This document shows, piece by piece, positions 51,010 through 64,000 of a DNA stretch of 64,000 nucleotides. The position numbers and the translations under genes are program-made. Under the pieces are notes generated by a model, which saw only the letters and a program-made list of their open reading frames with translations, was not told the DNA's origin and did no database searches. Source of the DNA: Antedon mediterranea. Taxonomy: Eukaryota > Animalia > Echinodermata. The DNA lies in assembly GCF_964355755.1 (NCBI RefSeq), contig NC_092671.1, positions 35,040,304-35,104,303 on the forward strand, in the 5' to 3' direction. Position 1 is the stretch's first letter; every line of letters begins with the position of its first letter.

Positions 51010-53829
51010 AAGAGAGGACACATACTAGAAGAAGACATTTGTCATTTATCTATTATTAAAACTTGTTTGGTTTTCTGCTGCAGTACTTAAAGTTTTTGTT
51101 CAATTGACGAGTGATCTAAAAATATTTTTATTCGTCAGACAAATGCCTTTAAAATTACTTTAAAATATGTTTCTTTTGTTCAGAGCTTAATTTTGGAATT
51201 TTCTTATTTCAAGTGTTTTGTGGCATTTTTTTGTTGAGACCAAAATCCATCTTTTTTTTTCATGGAATTGTAATCATTTATTAATAATGTAGTCTATTTT
51301 GTGCAAAGCTCTATAACTTCCCAATAACTATTCTTTTGAAAGGCATGTTTTGCAAAAACCTCAGAAGAACAGTTTTCCTCAAAAGCCTGTTTTAGTGGTT
51401 TGTTGGTAAACAAAGATCACGTTGCAACTTACTGTAATTCATTTTTTTTTAAATCATGGATTTCCCAGTTTCGTGGTCACTCACAAAGAATTTCCTGTTC
51501 ACAGGTGCCTTCTATTAAACGATGCAAATGTTGGTCTTATAACGGTTTAGGAGGAGGACAGGGAATAATTTCGCCAGTGTAGCATAGCAAAAAGCTATAC
51601 AAAACAACCTTTTTTCTACACATTTCTACAATTGTGTAGCAAAAACTACAATACAAAACTATGTTTCTTGACTAAAAAATCAGTTTGCTAAACAAAATTT
51701 TCAAATAAAATTTTTCCCTGGAGGAGATCATAAAGTAACATATTTTGGGTTAGTAATATTATTGAAATACGTATGTTCATAGCCTAAAAATCTCTATCCA
51801 AGGAGAATTTGACTTAACACAGTCACATGAGTGTGAAAGTTTTTCTTGTCCAGACTCTATCACCTGAATATTTGTTCTTGGATTTTGCATGATACAAATG
51901 GAGCTTCCTGAAATTCTTTCAAAACCACAAAGGTCAATGCAATTGGCCTTCACAAAGGAGGTGTGTCATCATACAGTAAAATGTACATTTTTGCTAAAGG
52001 CGAGTTTAGTCAGCTGTGAACTGTAGCTAGGTAGTGAAGTGTATTATAAACATGGAATTATTCAAACTAATATATTGGGTCTGACTTGGATTCTACATTA
52101 CGTAATGACTGCGATTAAGTTTTGGAATTGGGTAAGATACAAATATACTATATTCTTTATATAGTTAGTAGACCTTTTTTATTGGTGCTGGTTAATTATA
52201 TTAACTTAATATTATCATTGATTGCTTATTTTCAGAAAGATTTGATTGACAATTTTATCTAACGTGGGTGTACAGTATATTAGCCCACACTATGGTATAG
52301 ATGTTGTGTATTTTGTGCCGAACTTATATCCACCCTTCACTAATTAGTATTATCAGTAGGGCTAGGTGGCCTACCTGATTTTATCATCCTTATTTAATTG
52401 GTTAAAAAAATCTAAAGATAGACTTGCGACTATGTCAGTTGGTTCGGCAAAATGTTTAACATTTAAAAAAAATGAGAAAACAAACATTACAGTACAGTAC
52501 AACACAACATCTTTATTATAACTTTATTTTGTTAACTCATTAGTATTATTACAAACATTACATGATAATGACAGTGATTTGTTGGTTTTTGTGAAAAATG
52601 TTAAATGCTACTGTATACAGTATTTTCTTTCATCAATAATCTTAAATGTTTCTGGTGAACTTTATATAACCTACACTAATGTTTATACTACCTTAGTAAC
52701 AAATTGCTCGGTATTTGACATTAAAAATAGTGCAAATTAATTGAGGGCGCTATTTTACATTAACAAGCTCTTAACTATTTCAAATGAGTTTATTTTGTTA
52801 ATGTACAATCATTTGGTACTGTAGTCAAACTTGCTGAACTTGAACTTTAAAATCAATACTAAGCCACTTTTACACTGACAAAACATTTTTTTTAAAGTTT
52901 TTGGTGGAAACATTAAAGAAAACTTGTGTCGTAGGATATTATTATTAAATTATTAACTTTAATAACGGTTTAAGATGCTTGAATCAATTATTATTAGTAA
53001 GTACTATTTATTTAAAAAAAAAATGAAATGAGAATAATTTGTAAACCACATTCCAATTGAAATAGGTCTTTAGACTTTTTATATTACAATTAGAAGATGT
53101 GTTGTATTTTGGTGTGACATTGCCTATTACAATAACCTTTTAAAATTGGTTAAAATGGATGATGACGGTCTAAGACAGTATATAACTATATCAATTTAGA
53201 AATTATGATTGCTTTTTGGTTCTGAATATTCATAAGATTACATCATGAATAAAAGAGATACTTTCTTTTGGAATTTTCTTCATTGGCCTTGGACTCCATC
53301 CATATAAAACAAATGTGAATTTTGAAATAAAATTGTCTTTGTTTTCAAAATAGTTTAATATTTTGAGTATTTAAAAAATGTGGATGTTAGCATTCTTTTG
53401 GTGAACTGTCCTTAAAAATATGTTACAGTATATTTTTAGAAATTATTCAAAAATACCAGTTTTTATATTTTATACTGTATACTGTACCTTTTAAATACAT
53501 TACTGTATAGGTTTGATGGCCAGTTCATTGAAATTTAAACTATAATAAGTGCTTTGGTAAGGATACTATGGTAAGGATACTTTTTTTTCTTCTAGGATTT
53601 TGTTCACAATTAATGTTAAATCTACAGAAAATGGATGAATGATTGGGTTTGTTTTATTTATCTACAATACAAAGATCAAAAGTTTTAATTAATGAGGTTT
53701 TAAAATTATGAGGTGGATTGTCTTTTTTTATTGAAATAATCCTTAACAAGAAACTTTAACAAGTACGGGATGAATAAATATAATTTCTGATGCATAAATG
53801 AGTGGCTTAGGGAGTGAGAGAAAAACATT

Positions 53830-53945
53830 TGCGAGTTACCCTGGCACTACCTTAAGTCAGGATTGAACCCTGAATTGGAAGTTGTGAATGTACAGGTGGA
53901 TTACGTATGGCATCCGTGCCTTAGCGTTCGGCCATCGACTCGCTT
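53830..53945 (-). mobile_element. tRNA-like SINE head
   Basis: Minus strand agcgagtcgatggccgaacgctaaggca...gggttcaatcctgact, related to the 57398 head. Confidence 0.6.
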
Positions 53946-55139
53946 TAACATGAAATTACATAAAGTTGTACACACAAAGTGGTTTTTCTTAGTGGTAACA
54001 CAAAAACATTTGTTAATTCATGATAAAAATTACTACGTGCAAATTATAGTGTATTACAATTCATCGGGTGAATGCCCTAGCATTTGAAGGACATCACCTA
54101 TTGTTAACACTTTTTATTATAATAATATGCACTCCATTGATTTTTTTTTCATCTGTCAAAATTTTGATTCATGACGATTCATTTAATTTCCATTGTTGGT
54201 ATTATGACATCAGATTCAGCTCTATCAGCTGGCATGTTTTTAGAGCAATCCCAATAATATTCAAGTTCAAATCTTCAATTGGCACTTAAGTTTTTTTGCT
54301 TTGTCATTTTTAAAGAGAGTTTTCCAAACACAACATTTAAACATTAAATTTTTTTTTTCTCCGGTGAACTTTACATATTAATTGAGAGGGCGCTATTTTA
54401 CATTAATTAAGCTTTTTTTTGCTTTGTCATTTAAAGGGAGTTTTCCAAACACAACATAACCTTAGGTTTGCCCATTCAGCATTTTTAATTAACAAACATA
54501 AACTGCTCCAAAAATAGCCCAACAACCCAACATAATACGTTTAGTATTAATTGGTCCAGGTAGTCACCCTAACTTCCTACAATACAAGCCCAGATGTAGG
54601 TTGTTTGCCTTGAAATTTGGACAAAATGACCATGGAAAATAATGCTTACAGTACCAAATACCAGTTTTTAATTAAATTGAGAATTTAAATGCACATTTTC
54701 TGTTCCTGGGTACAATTGTAAACTAAACATAATATTAAAATAATTATTATTATTTCAATTGTATGTTTCTGTATACAATATATTATAATTTATGTCGCTC
54801 ACAGTAGATGCTTTCAACATGAAATTTACAGAGATTTCTCCTTGTTGTACAATCCTTAAATATCAAAGGTGTGTTTGTTAGGTTTGCAGGCAAGACAATT
54901 CTTATATTTATGGGCCATTTATCATCTTGTAGGCGATGGGATTTATGCGTTCTTCTCTCGTTAACGAGCTGTGGTCAACCACGTCGAAGGAAGTAAAGGA
55001 TTACGGTTTCCAACAGGAGATCACTTTCTGGTCCACTAAAAGATGGACATTGTGCAATTAATAACTCAACACTTGTTCCGAAAGATTATTATCATCAGGC
55101 GCTAATTGTTATTATGAATTTTTTTTACGTAGATTGTTG

Positions 55140-55497
55140 ATTTATGCCTTGAATTTTATGAAAACTAATTTGTTCTTGTGACTAAAAAAAAGATGTTTAT
55201 ATTTTTTAAATTATGACTTAAATTTTCTGAAAACCTATTTGTTCTTGTTGCTAAAAAAAGATGTTTACAGTATATTTATTAAATTATGACTTAAATTTTA
55301 TGAAAACCTATTTCTTCCTGTGGCTAAAAAAGATGTTTAATATTTCTTAAATTATGGCTTAAATTTTATGAAAACCTATTTGTTCTTGTGGCTAAAAAAA
55401 GATGTTTATATTTATTTAAAATTATGACTTAAAGTTTAGGAAAACCTATTTGTCCTTGTGGCTAAAAAAAGATGTTCATATTTATTAAAAATTATGA
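55140..55497. repeat. ~70-bp AT-rich tandem repeat x5
   Basis: aattatgacttaaattttatgaaaacctatttgttcttgtggctaaaaaaagatgtttata. Confidence 0.9.
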
Positions 55498-56869
55498 ATA
55501 ACATAAGCATATCGAATAAACACTGCAATAATAATATAAATATCACAAAATAATATTATTACTTATTACTGTACTATTTTACCATTAATTTTGCTTTATG
55601 CTATAACCTCGTCCTCGGCTTGTTATATTATTGATGTGTTTGTGTTTGCGTTCAATGCTATGCTTCAGCGAGCAACACCATCATTGGAAAATCCAATTTA
55701 GCTTGAGTGTACACTTCCGATTCAAAACACTAGGGATTGGTATTCTTACTGTACATCCTAACCTTTGCAATCAATAGATTCGTCAATACCGTATGTAACC
55801 ATAATAATAACATAAACATACCGTAAATAAAATAACATTAAATGACAATAAATTGTGTTTTGATGTTATATTTTCAAATGTTATTCTCATTATCTAACTT
55901 TATGTATCTTAATGTACTTGAAAAAAAAATGTTTGAATACAATTTAATTGAAAATTAAATTTGTTGTTGAAATTGTATGCATGAGTGGATTTCTATAGCA
56001 CTCTCTATTTTTTGTTTTAGATTTTTTTCCCGTTGTACAGAGGGTCATTCCATCTCAGATCACCCAATGAGTTAAACCCTACCTCTTCCAATTTTGATGA
56101 AATTTGGTATATGGGTGATTCATAGCAATTAAAGTCAAAATTTCAAATTTTAACTTTATCGGACCAACGGTTTTCGAGATATCGCAATTTCAATTTTCGG
56201 TTTTTACGCAAAAAAGGGCGCGTCCGCCACGTTTCAAAGAGCTGTATCTCGGGAACTATAGGTTCAATTTTAAAAGCAAAGGTATTTTTGTAAAGGGGAG
56301 ACCATAAGGAATCTAAATATACTAATTGTGTGTGTTTTATGTTAATTTTAAGTTTAATAAAACTTTGAAATATATTTTGACCTTGAAATTGACACCGTGG
56401 AACACGCCCGATTTGTTGGTGACTATCACGAAAAATGTAGCCCTACGTGTCAACTACAACATATAAAAAAATTGGAGGGGTTTTTTTCTTTGTTTCCATG
56501 AAATTACAATTTGAAGTTGACATACCTCTTCCTTTTAGTGTATTTTTTGGTGTTGTTATATACTTATACACAGTGTGAACACTAACTGTTAAGGTGTCTT
56601 ATTGTTACGCTTTCTCATCAGGCCCACTTAAACACTACAGTAGATATATTTTGATATGAGAAATACTGGGTAACTCACATACTTTTCAAATCAATTTTGA
56701 CACATAGTTTAGTGTCCTTACTATGTTATTTTAGTGTATTTTGGTGTCTGTCCATGCATTACTTCAATGTCAATTTGATGTATTCCAAAAATAATTTTAT
56801 TTACAAACTAAATATTATTATAATGTTACAATTGTCTATGTCTGGCCTTTACTCCTTGTCATCTGGCCA

Positions 56870-57516
56870 ATTCAAACAGTATTTAGAAATGTTGTGGCGT
56901 TCATTTTGGGAAATTACTGTAATTCCTAGTCGAAGAGGATTTTATAAACGGAGAGGCTATAATACAATGTACATTTGATTCAGGAATCCAACAACAGTCT
57001 TCTTTGGACGGCCAATAAAAGATTTTCGCTGGCCCATGAGGATGCATAAATTTAATTTGATAATCCCCAAACTCTTCTGAGACATCCACAACCAAATGGG
57101 ACACCATCATAACTACAGCACACAAATTCTGAAGTCTAATAATGGTGGGTTGTGTATCAGCAACAATTTCATTTTCATCACTGAAAGATTCTTGAATCAC
57201 TACCACATCCGGAGGGTTTATCTGGGTACTAAGTTTGTAGACCTGCATCTGTGCCAGATAAACGTGAACAAAGCGATGATATTGTAATGTACCCTTGATG
57301 GTCTGGGCGAGGTTGAATCTCGGCTTTATTTCTTTTTCCACAGTAGATACCTCATCTATTCCCACATGAAAAAAGTTGATGCCTGGAATGTCCATATGAG
57401 CGAGTCATATGGCCGAGCGGTTAAGGCAGGGGCGTCGTTTACCGTACCTAAAGAGCCAACAACAACATCGGCAAGGGTTCGAGGCCGACTCGCTCCTAGT
57501 TCTGGTGGTGGAACAA

Positions 57517-57550
<34 letters not shown>

Positions 57551-58095
57551 AGTGTACACAGTTATAACCTGTGTGTACTTTAAAGAACCCAGTTCATTAT
57601 TCGAAAAAGAGTAGGGGGTTATCCCGGTGAACTGGTTCACACAATAGCCCCTGTATCAGGGGGATTACCACCTATCTGATAGGACAGTGATTAATTCACT
57701 ATTGGTAATCCTTGGCCACATTGCCTAAAGACATAAATAAAAATAAAAAATTACACAGTAGTCGAACATACTGAGAGATGTGAGAATATGACATTCAGTC
57801 AAACGCTGTAAGCTTCTCTTAGTGACAAGCCTCTTAACTGTTCCACCTATGCCATCACATGCACTCTTGCCATGTGATGTAGCGAAAAAATTCCCCTCGG
57901 CGTCTAAACCAAAATCTTCCTGGTGGTGGCAAAGGTTAATAAAGTTATATTGTTTTTGTATTGGCCGCCACATCCATCTGTGAAATAATGAACTTTTTTC
58001 ATGGTTGGTAGTTTTGATTTTAAATAGGGGATGACAACCTTTAAAAAGGCATCAGTAACTGATGTATGTTCTCTGCAATCACTTATTATGCATTA
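56870..58095 (-). pseudogene. Transposase C-terminal half, frameshifted and split by a SINE
   Basis: KVHYFTDGCA..(fs)..NFINLCHHQEDFG..FFATSHGKSACDGIGGTVKR, then after the SINE IKGTLQYHRF..IKFMHPHGP..FYWPSKEDCCW; motifs recalled for Sola2-type DDD transposases. Confidence 0.85.
57398..57750 (+). mobile_element. tRNA-derived SINE with Deu-like core, nested in the transposase
   Basis: A box TGGCCGAGCGG, B box GGTTCGAGGCC, core tcttctcagataaggactataaaccgtaggtcc...aaagaaccc...gagtaggggg..cccggtg, A-rich tail. Confidence 0.88.
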
Positions 58096-58973
58096 ATATG
58101 CATAATAACATAGTAAGGACACTAAACTATGTGTCAAAATTGATTTGAAAAGTATGTGAGTTACCCAGTATTTCTCATATCAAAGTATATCTACTGTTTA
58201 AGTGGGCCTGATGAGAAAGCGTAACAATAAGACACCTTAACAGTTAGTGTTCACACTGTGTATAAGTATATAACAACACCAAAAATACACTAAAAGGAAG
58301 AGGTATGTCAACTTCAAATTGTAATTTCATGGAAACAAACAAAAAAACCCCTCCAATTTTTTTATATGTTGTAGTTGACAAGTAGGGCTACATTTTTCGT
58401 GATAGTCACCAACAAATCGGGCGTGTTCCACGGGGTCAATTTCAAGGTCAAAATATATGTCAAAGTTTTATTAAACTTAAAATTAACATAAAACACACAC
58501 AATTAGTATATTTAGGTTCCTTATGGTCTCCCCTTTACAAAAATACCTTTGTTTTTAAAATCGAACCTATAGTTCCCGAGATACAGCTCTTTGAAACGTG
58601 GCGGCCGCTCCCTTTTTTGCGTAAAAACCGAAAATTGAAATTGCGATATCTCGAAAACCGTTGGTCCGATAAAGTTAAAATTTGAAATTTTGGCTTTAAT
58701 TGCTATGAATCACCCATATACCAAATTTCATCAAAATTGGAAGAGGTAGGGTTTAAAATTCCATTTTTTTTGGGTGAACTGAGATGGAATGACCCCAGAC
58801 CAAATTATTCAAGTGATTCTGTGTTTGAGCAACAACAACTAATTCTAAACGTTTTCTAAAAGTTTTTGTTTCTTGTGATTTTTGTTTATGAAATAATTAT
58901 TAATTTAGTATGAATTATTCGTATGTAAGTATGTATGTAAAACTAATGAATAATATAGAGCCCTCTATAATTA

Positions 58974-59640
58974 CCGTACTGACGCGGGTATAAGCCCACC
59001 CCCCTCAAACATGAAATCACGTCAAGTTTGGGGGGTGGGCTTCTACCCGAGAATTAAAAAATGCAGATCGTCAAAAACAGCACATGTACACTGTGTATTC
59101 CACCATGCGAGCGAGCGCCCTCACGTGTACGACGTTGCCTCTAAATACACGAGGTGTAGAGTGTCGGAAAATTAAGCTTATAGTTTGTGTAATTTATCGT
59201 AGAATATCTTATTTTAAACATCAATTGAACAAGAATTTATCAAGCAGAAAAGCAAGTATACAATGTTCGTTAAATAGAAATGTACCAAAGAAATTTAATA
59301 AGTTTGTTTATGGCGGCCGATACCAAATAGTGGTTTTTAGTTTTGGCAACTTGTAGCGTCGTGTGTGAAGCGATCTTCGACCGCGATGTAGTGTAAACAA
59401 AACAGGACCGCTAGGCCTCATATGGCCTAGCGTATATTAGCCTAGCTTGGTTATGATCAAAGGTAAGTGTATTCGGTGTATGGACATCGCCAAATACAAA
59501 ATAATGTATTACGACACACACTGTAGATCTTCGAATTAATGGGTGGGCTTATACCCGAGTGCCTCATTTTTCAGGAAAATTAGTCAAAAGTCGGGGGTGG
59601 GCTTATACCCGAGTATGGGCTTATACCCACGTCAGTACGG
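58974..59640. mobile_element. Tc1/mariner-superfamily MITE (Tc2/pogo-like, CCGTA ends)
   Basis: TA|CCGTACTGACGCGGGTATAAGCCCA...TGGGCTTATACCCACGTCAGTACGG|TA; repeated gggcttatacccgag. Confidence 0.92.
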
Positions 59641-62122
59641 TAGTAGAAATGTGGGTATGTGCTATGAGTCTTTAAATAAATTGACAATTTACATTATTCA
59701 ACTTTATGATCCTCTACGGCAGGATGATTGCTTTAAAAGAACGACACATCAGAATAAATTTGTAAACAAAATATGAACACCGGTAAATGAAATTTTGCAA
59801 TCTGAATCAATATAATAAATTAGTTATTCTTTCCATGGCGTGGGATGTTTAAACAGAGGCATTATTTTTTTAATAAATTTGAGTACATGCGACGGAACAT
59901 GCGGTTTTATACATCAATTGTTTCATTTTTTGCGTAGGATGTATTGTTTAAAATTAATGAATTGAAGTTCCATAAAAAATATTTGTTTCATACTGCCTTT
60001 GTTGACACGAGTAAGTAGTCCGGGTTAAAGGTCGGTTGCAATTTGCATTTTATCAAATTTAAACATTTTTAATTAAGAGATCTTAAAAGAAAAATCACAA
60101 CACCCTTTTAAGCTCTTGTTAAACACGTTTAGTGGTAGCCGTTGAAGATTATGAGATCTATGTTGTATTTTTATTTTTATTTTACCAGGGATGTGGGCAC
60201 AACATTTAGTGAAAATTAGGGGGGTGGGTTTAATACTCAAATAGCTTTAAATCAGAGTGATGGCCATTATTCTATGGTAATTCCAATTTTTCACATTTTG
60301 AATTCCAACCTTTCAATCTTTCGTCTTAGGGGTTGTATCTGCTGCCACATAAATATCATAATATGGTATTTTTTAAATACCGTATATTTAATATATGGTA
60401 TATTTTTGGCAGAAGAAATGGTGCTCATAAAAATATACTGTAGACAATACACTGTAGAACATATACTGGGATATTTTGCCCCACCAAATTTGTGGATAAA
60501 ATATGGTATTAAAAATTTATACTGTAATGTATAACATACACCTACTGTACTGTAAATATACTTTATTTGTCAAAAATGTAATATACATTTTCGAAAATTG
60601 TTTTCCTTTAAATTAAATTTAAAATACATTTAAAATACGTACAAAATATTGCAAAAACATTTAAATTAACGAATTAAAATTGTGAATATCTTGAAAATTT
60701 CAGTTCACTTTCATTTTTAACACTACATTCCAACAGCAAGAAAAGCATTAAAATATTAAAGCACATATGAATGTCATTAGAGAGATCCAAAAAGACATGA
60801 TGGTATTTTTTTTAAAGCATGCATAATGAAAGTGGATTAATTCTAACAGCATTCTGCACACTTAGACTTGCTTTGACGGAACGTTGATGCGCTTGACCTG
60901 TCTGCTTTATCTGCGCCCTCGTTCGCTCGAAGATAACATGCTTTGGGGAACGCATTAGAAATTCTCAAAGAATGGAATTGCATTTCGCATAAATCAAAGA
61001 ATATCGTATTGTTTGTTTCTATTCCATTTACGATGACTTTATTGTCGTTTATAAATCTTTGATTGTTTTGATGGCTGTCATTTCATTTGTTTGTGAATAT
61101 TATGTGAACATTTATTGATTTTCTTATAATTGGTTTAAGCCTTCAATTAGTTGAGAGAAGAAAAACTTCTCATTATAATAAATTGATAGGAATTTAATAA
61201 GTAAAAAAGTGTGTTCTAGTAGCACAAGTCTAAACTTTATTTTATTCCAAATCTCAACTACAGTACTACTGTAGCTCCCACACCAAGAGGCTACTTTACA
61301 CAAGTATAATATCATGGATTTATTTTGGATGAGACCTTGCTACACATTATATGGTGCGGAATTACAACCTGGCCTAGGTCAAGTTCAATATTGAATATCG
61401 AAACGTGGCAGGCTATAGGCGCTTGACCTTTGACAAGATCGCCTAAAATTTATAATTTAAATCTACGATACTTAGTATTGTATATTCAGGAATAGCCGCT
61501 CCATAGTCTCTTTGCTTTTCTTCCTTATATCTTATTCTGATTAACTCAAAATTATTTTTACTAACAAACATTACTATTTGTATGCCTAGTGTGTAAACAT
61601 TATTGACATAATTTCATAAACATCTTCATGTCGTACAACTACTCGTAACATTTTTTCTCAACTTTCTATCATCTAAAGTCGTAGTTAGTCATGCCTCGGG
61701 TCACATTCTATGGTCTCCGTACAGGTAGGCTACTACATCAGTACTTCTATGAATGGATGACTAGCCGGTGACAATAACGCTAGTTGGTCATACACAGTAC
61801 CGTTTTTTATTTTACGATCATTCGGGAAACCACCTCACGACGATTACAACCTGACCTACACAATGAGATCCAGTTTATTTGTATTTTTATAATGGGTAAC
61901 CTCTTCAATACATAAAAAAAAAATTCTCCCTGCCACGTGGCTCAGTACACAATTCACAATAAAATATAAAATGTACAAACAAAATACCAGCCCATTTCCC
62001 TCCAAACTAAAACAACTTTAGCATAAATCTTGAATGTCCTTATAGCCAATAATTTTCTTTAATCTTTACTAGCTAAGATTTAGTTGTTTGTATTCTTTAC
62101 TGTAGACCCCATTTATGTGGCA

Positions 62123-62295
62123 GGAGTTGTGGATGGGTGGTTACATGATGCTTGGCTACCATTCAAAGATTCCTGGGTTCAAGTCCTATAATATGTCAGG
62201 ATTTTTTCTAATAACAATTTACAACTCCACTCCCAAAGAATTGTATTAAGACTTTCTTTATGTAAAGCATCTTGTTGTATGTTTGTCTTGTGAAC
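62123..62295 (+). mobile_element. tRNA-derived SINE family 2, 3'-truncated
   Basis: Matches 21771-21942. Confidence 0.8.
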
Positions 62296-62330
62296 AGCAT
62301 TGCCACCTTTTAAGAAGGATAGTGAATGAA

Positions 62331-62661
62331 TGTGGGTGAGTGGCCGAGCGGTTAAGACAGTGGAACCGTAATCACGTAGCCATAACATCGGCAGAGGTTC
62401 GAGGCTCACTCATTCCATGGTTCTGGTGGTAGAACGAGTCTTCTCGGATAAGGACTATAAACCGTAGGTCCAGTGTACACAACTTGCTCGTGTGCACTTT
62501 AAAGAACCTAGTACATCTTTCAAGACGAGTAGGGGGTTACCCCGGTGTATTAGTACATCACAGCCACTGATCACCAACTGGGCCCTCTGGGAGACCAGTC
62601 TTTGACTGAAGAGGTTACCCAGTATAAATATATATTTCAATCAATCAATCAATCAATCAAT
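62331..62661 (+). mobile_element. tRNA-derived Deu-like SINE with (TCAA)n tail
   Basis: Same A/B boxes and core as 57398, different 3' region, ends in TCAA repeats. Confidence 0.9.
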
Positions 62662-64000
62662 TCACTTGGTTATCCTTGGCAATTTGCCTAAATATATAAA
62701 AACAAAAACATTTACACATGATTACCGAGGCAATCGATAAGTGTAAATACTCAGAACACAGAATTAGGCTCACTCTGGGATGGATACATATCTGAATGGT
62801 GCCAAGCATCTTATTCGGAGTTGACCTTTGATCTTCCCATTTCCCACATTATAATTATAGATATCCTTGTGTTGTAGTAAGGTCACGATCAATCTTTAAT
62901 TGCTTTTCTCATATCATCATTGAACACTTCCTATTTCAAATTGTTTAGTTTAACAGATTAATATCAATTTGATAACATTCATTCCATAAGATGAATTACT
63001 GCTGACTGTCCTTGGAAAACACACTTCATATCAAACACGTGTTTGAAAAATAACTAACTATTAAATACACTAGAATCCTAATTAAGAGCGTCATCTTAAT
63101 TAAGGCTACGTCCACTAAGAGGAGATCATGATCGTCTTCGAAAGTCATTTGTTCCAAATTCTTGCCATTTATATAACGCAACTATTAAAAGATAGATTGA
63201 ATATGTAATTTGTATGTAATCTGTATATAAAATACTGGTAATATATATATATATATTTTTTTTATATATCTTATAATGTTACGATATATATTTTTTATAT
63301 TCTTGTCTTTTTGATGTTTATTCGTATTTTTATAAGGTCTTGTATTTTTGTATTCTTGACTTTTTATATATTTTTAATTAATTGTTTGAGAGCTTGTTAA
63401 CGAAACGAATTTCCTTTTTGTATTCTGTATCTTTGGGACGAAAAAGTGTCCCCTCAATAGCTGATGCCCCCTAAAGCATTTAGTGTTAACGATTGCATAT
63501 TTCTCTTTGTTCATTTCACAGGAAGGTTTCCCATTAATAGGGGTGTCCCCTGGATAGGTTGTCCCAAAAAAGGAGTTCTATTTTGTTTGCACCTGTACCT
63601 ATTCCACATCCCTGTGGTGTTATTACTGTGTAAACAGACAATATCCTATACAGTACACCCTATTTATAAATGGTACAGTCCAAACCCGTTCTACTGGATA
63701 GTATAAAAGTGTTGGATTGATACTTCAGTGTATTATTATTAGAATTTTATAATGGTTTCCTAAAAATGTTATTCTTAAAAATAGGTCCATTACTAAATTA
63801 AAGTCACATGAACGGGATATGAAACATGAAGTAGGTTTGTTTTTGTGACATAAACAGATAACGAATGAGCTTATTACATTAACGATGTTGATTTTATTAC
63901 TCAAAGTGTAATAATAGGGGAATTCCCCAGTCAGTGTTAGTGAAATTTATTTTTTCTCGAGGTTGTGATTTCTAAAAATGATTATTTTTAAAAATGAAGG

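Larger units (their letters stand above)
56042..58795 (-). mobile_element. Defective Sola2-like DNA transposon with ~690-bp TIRs
   Basis: Near-perfect inverted arms 56042-56730 and 58104-58795; GGG...CCC termini; 4-bp TSD CAGA; transposase remnant inside. Confidence 0.88.

Noticed and set aside
54882-55105. GC-richer segment as a possible second exon of gene 2 (also the acceptor at ~46204)
   Set aside because: All frames hit stops before a convincing donor and no protein is recognisable.
57398-57500. Functional tRNA genes at the SINE heads (also 62331, 21771, 30500, 27860)
   Set aside because: A/B boxes are present but there is no canonical anticodon arm, and each continues into repeat body sequence.

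Overview
AT-rich eukaryotic (invertebrate, probably deuterostome/echinoderm-like) genomic DNA with no prokaryotic features. The first 28.6 kb hold the 3' part of a spliced + strand gene that the ORF track mostly misses: eight phase-consistent GT-AG exons plus two tentative ones. The joined product resembles the N-terminal helical region of the USP9X/USP24/FAF deubiquitinases, but it continues into an S/T-rich linker, a RING-CH (MARCH-type, C4HC3) zinc finger and a single C-terminal transmembrane helix. This DUB-N-terminus plus E3-ligase architecture is the most notable observation. A second + strand gene appears to start near 40.3-40.6 kb (GC-rich first exon with uORFs and a donor site); no downstream exon could be confirmed. 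The rest is repeats: a Sola2-like transposon with ~690-bp TIRs and a nested SINE, Harbinger-, hAT-, Kolobok-, Zator- and Tc1/pogo-type MITEs, a Helentron-associated element, tRNA- and 5S-derived SINEs (several with a Deu-like core) and several minisatellites, some grown out of MITE ends. TACAGTA/TACTGTA motifs that look like Tc1/mariner excision footprints are strongly over-represented. Family assignments rest on recalled consensus sequences and terminal structures, not database searches.
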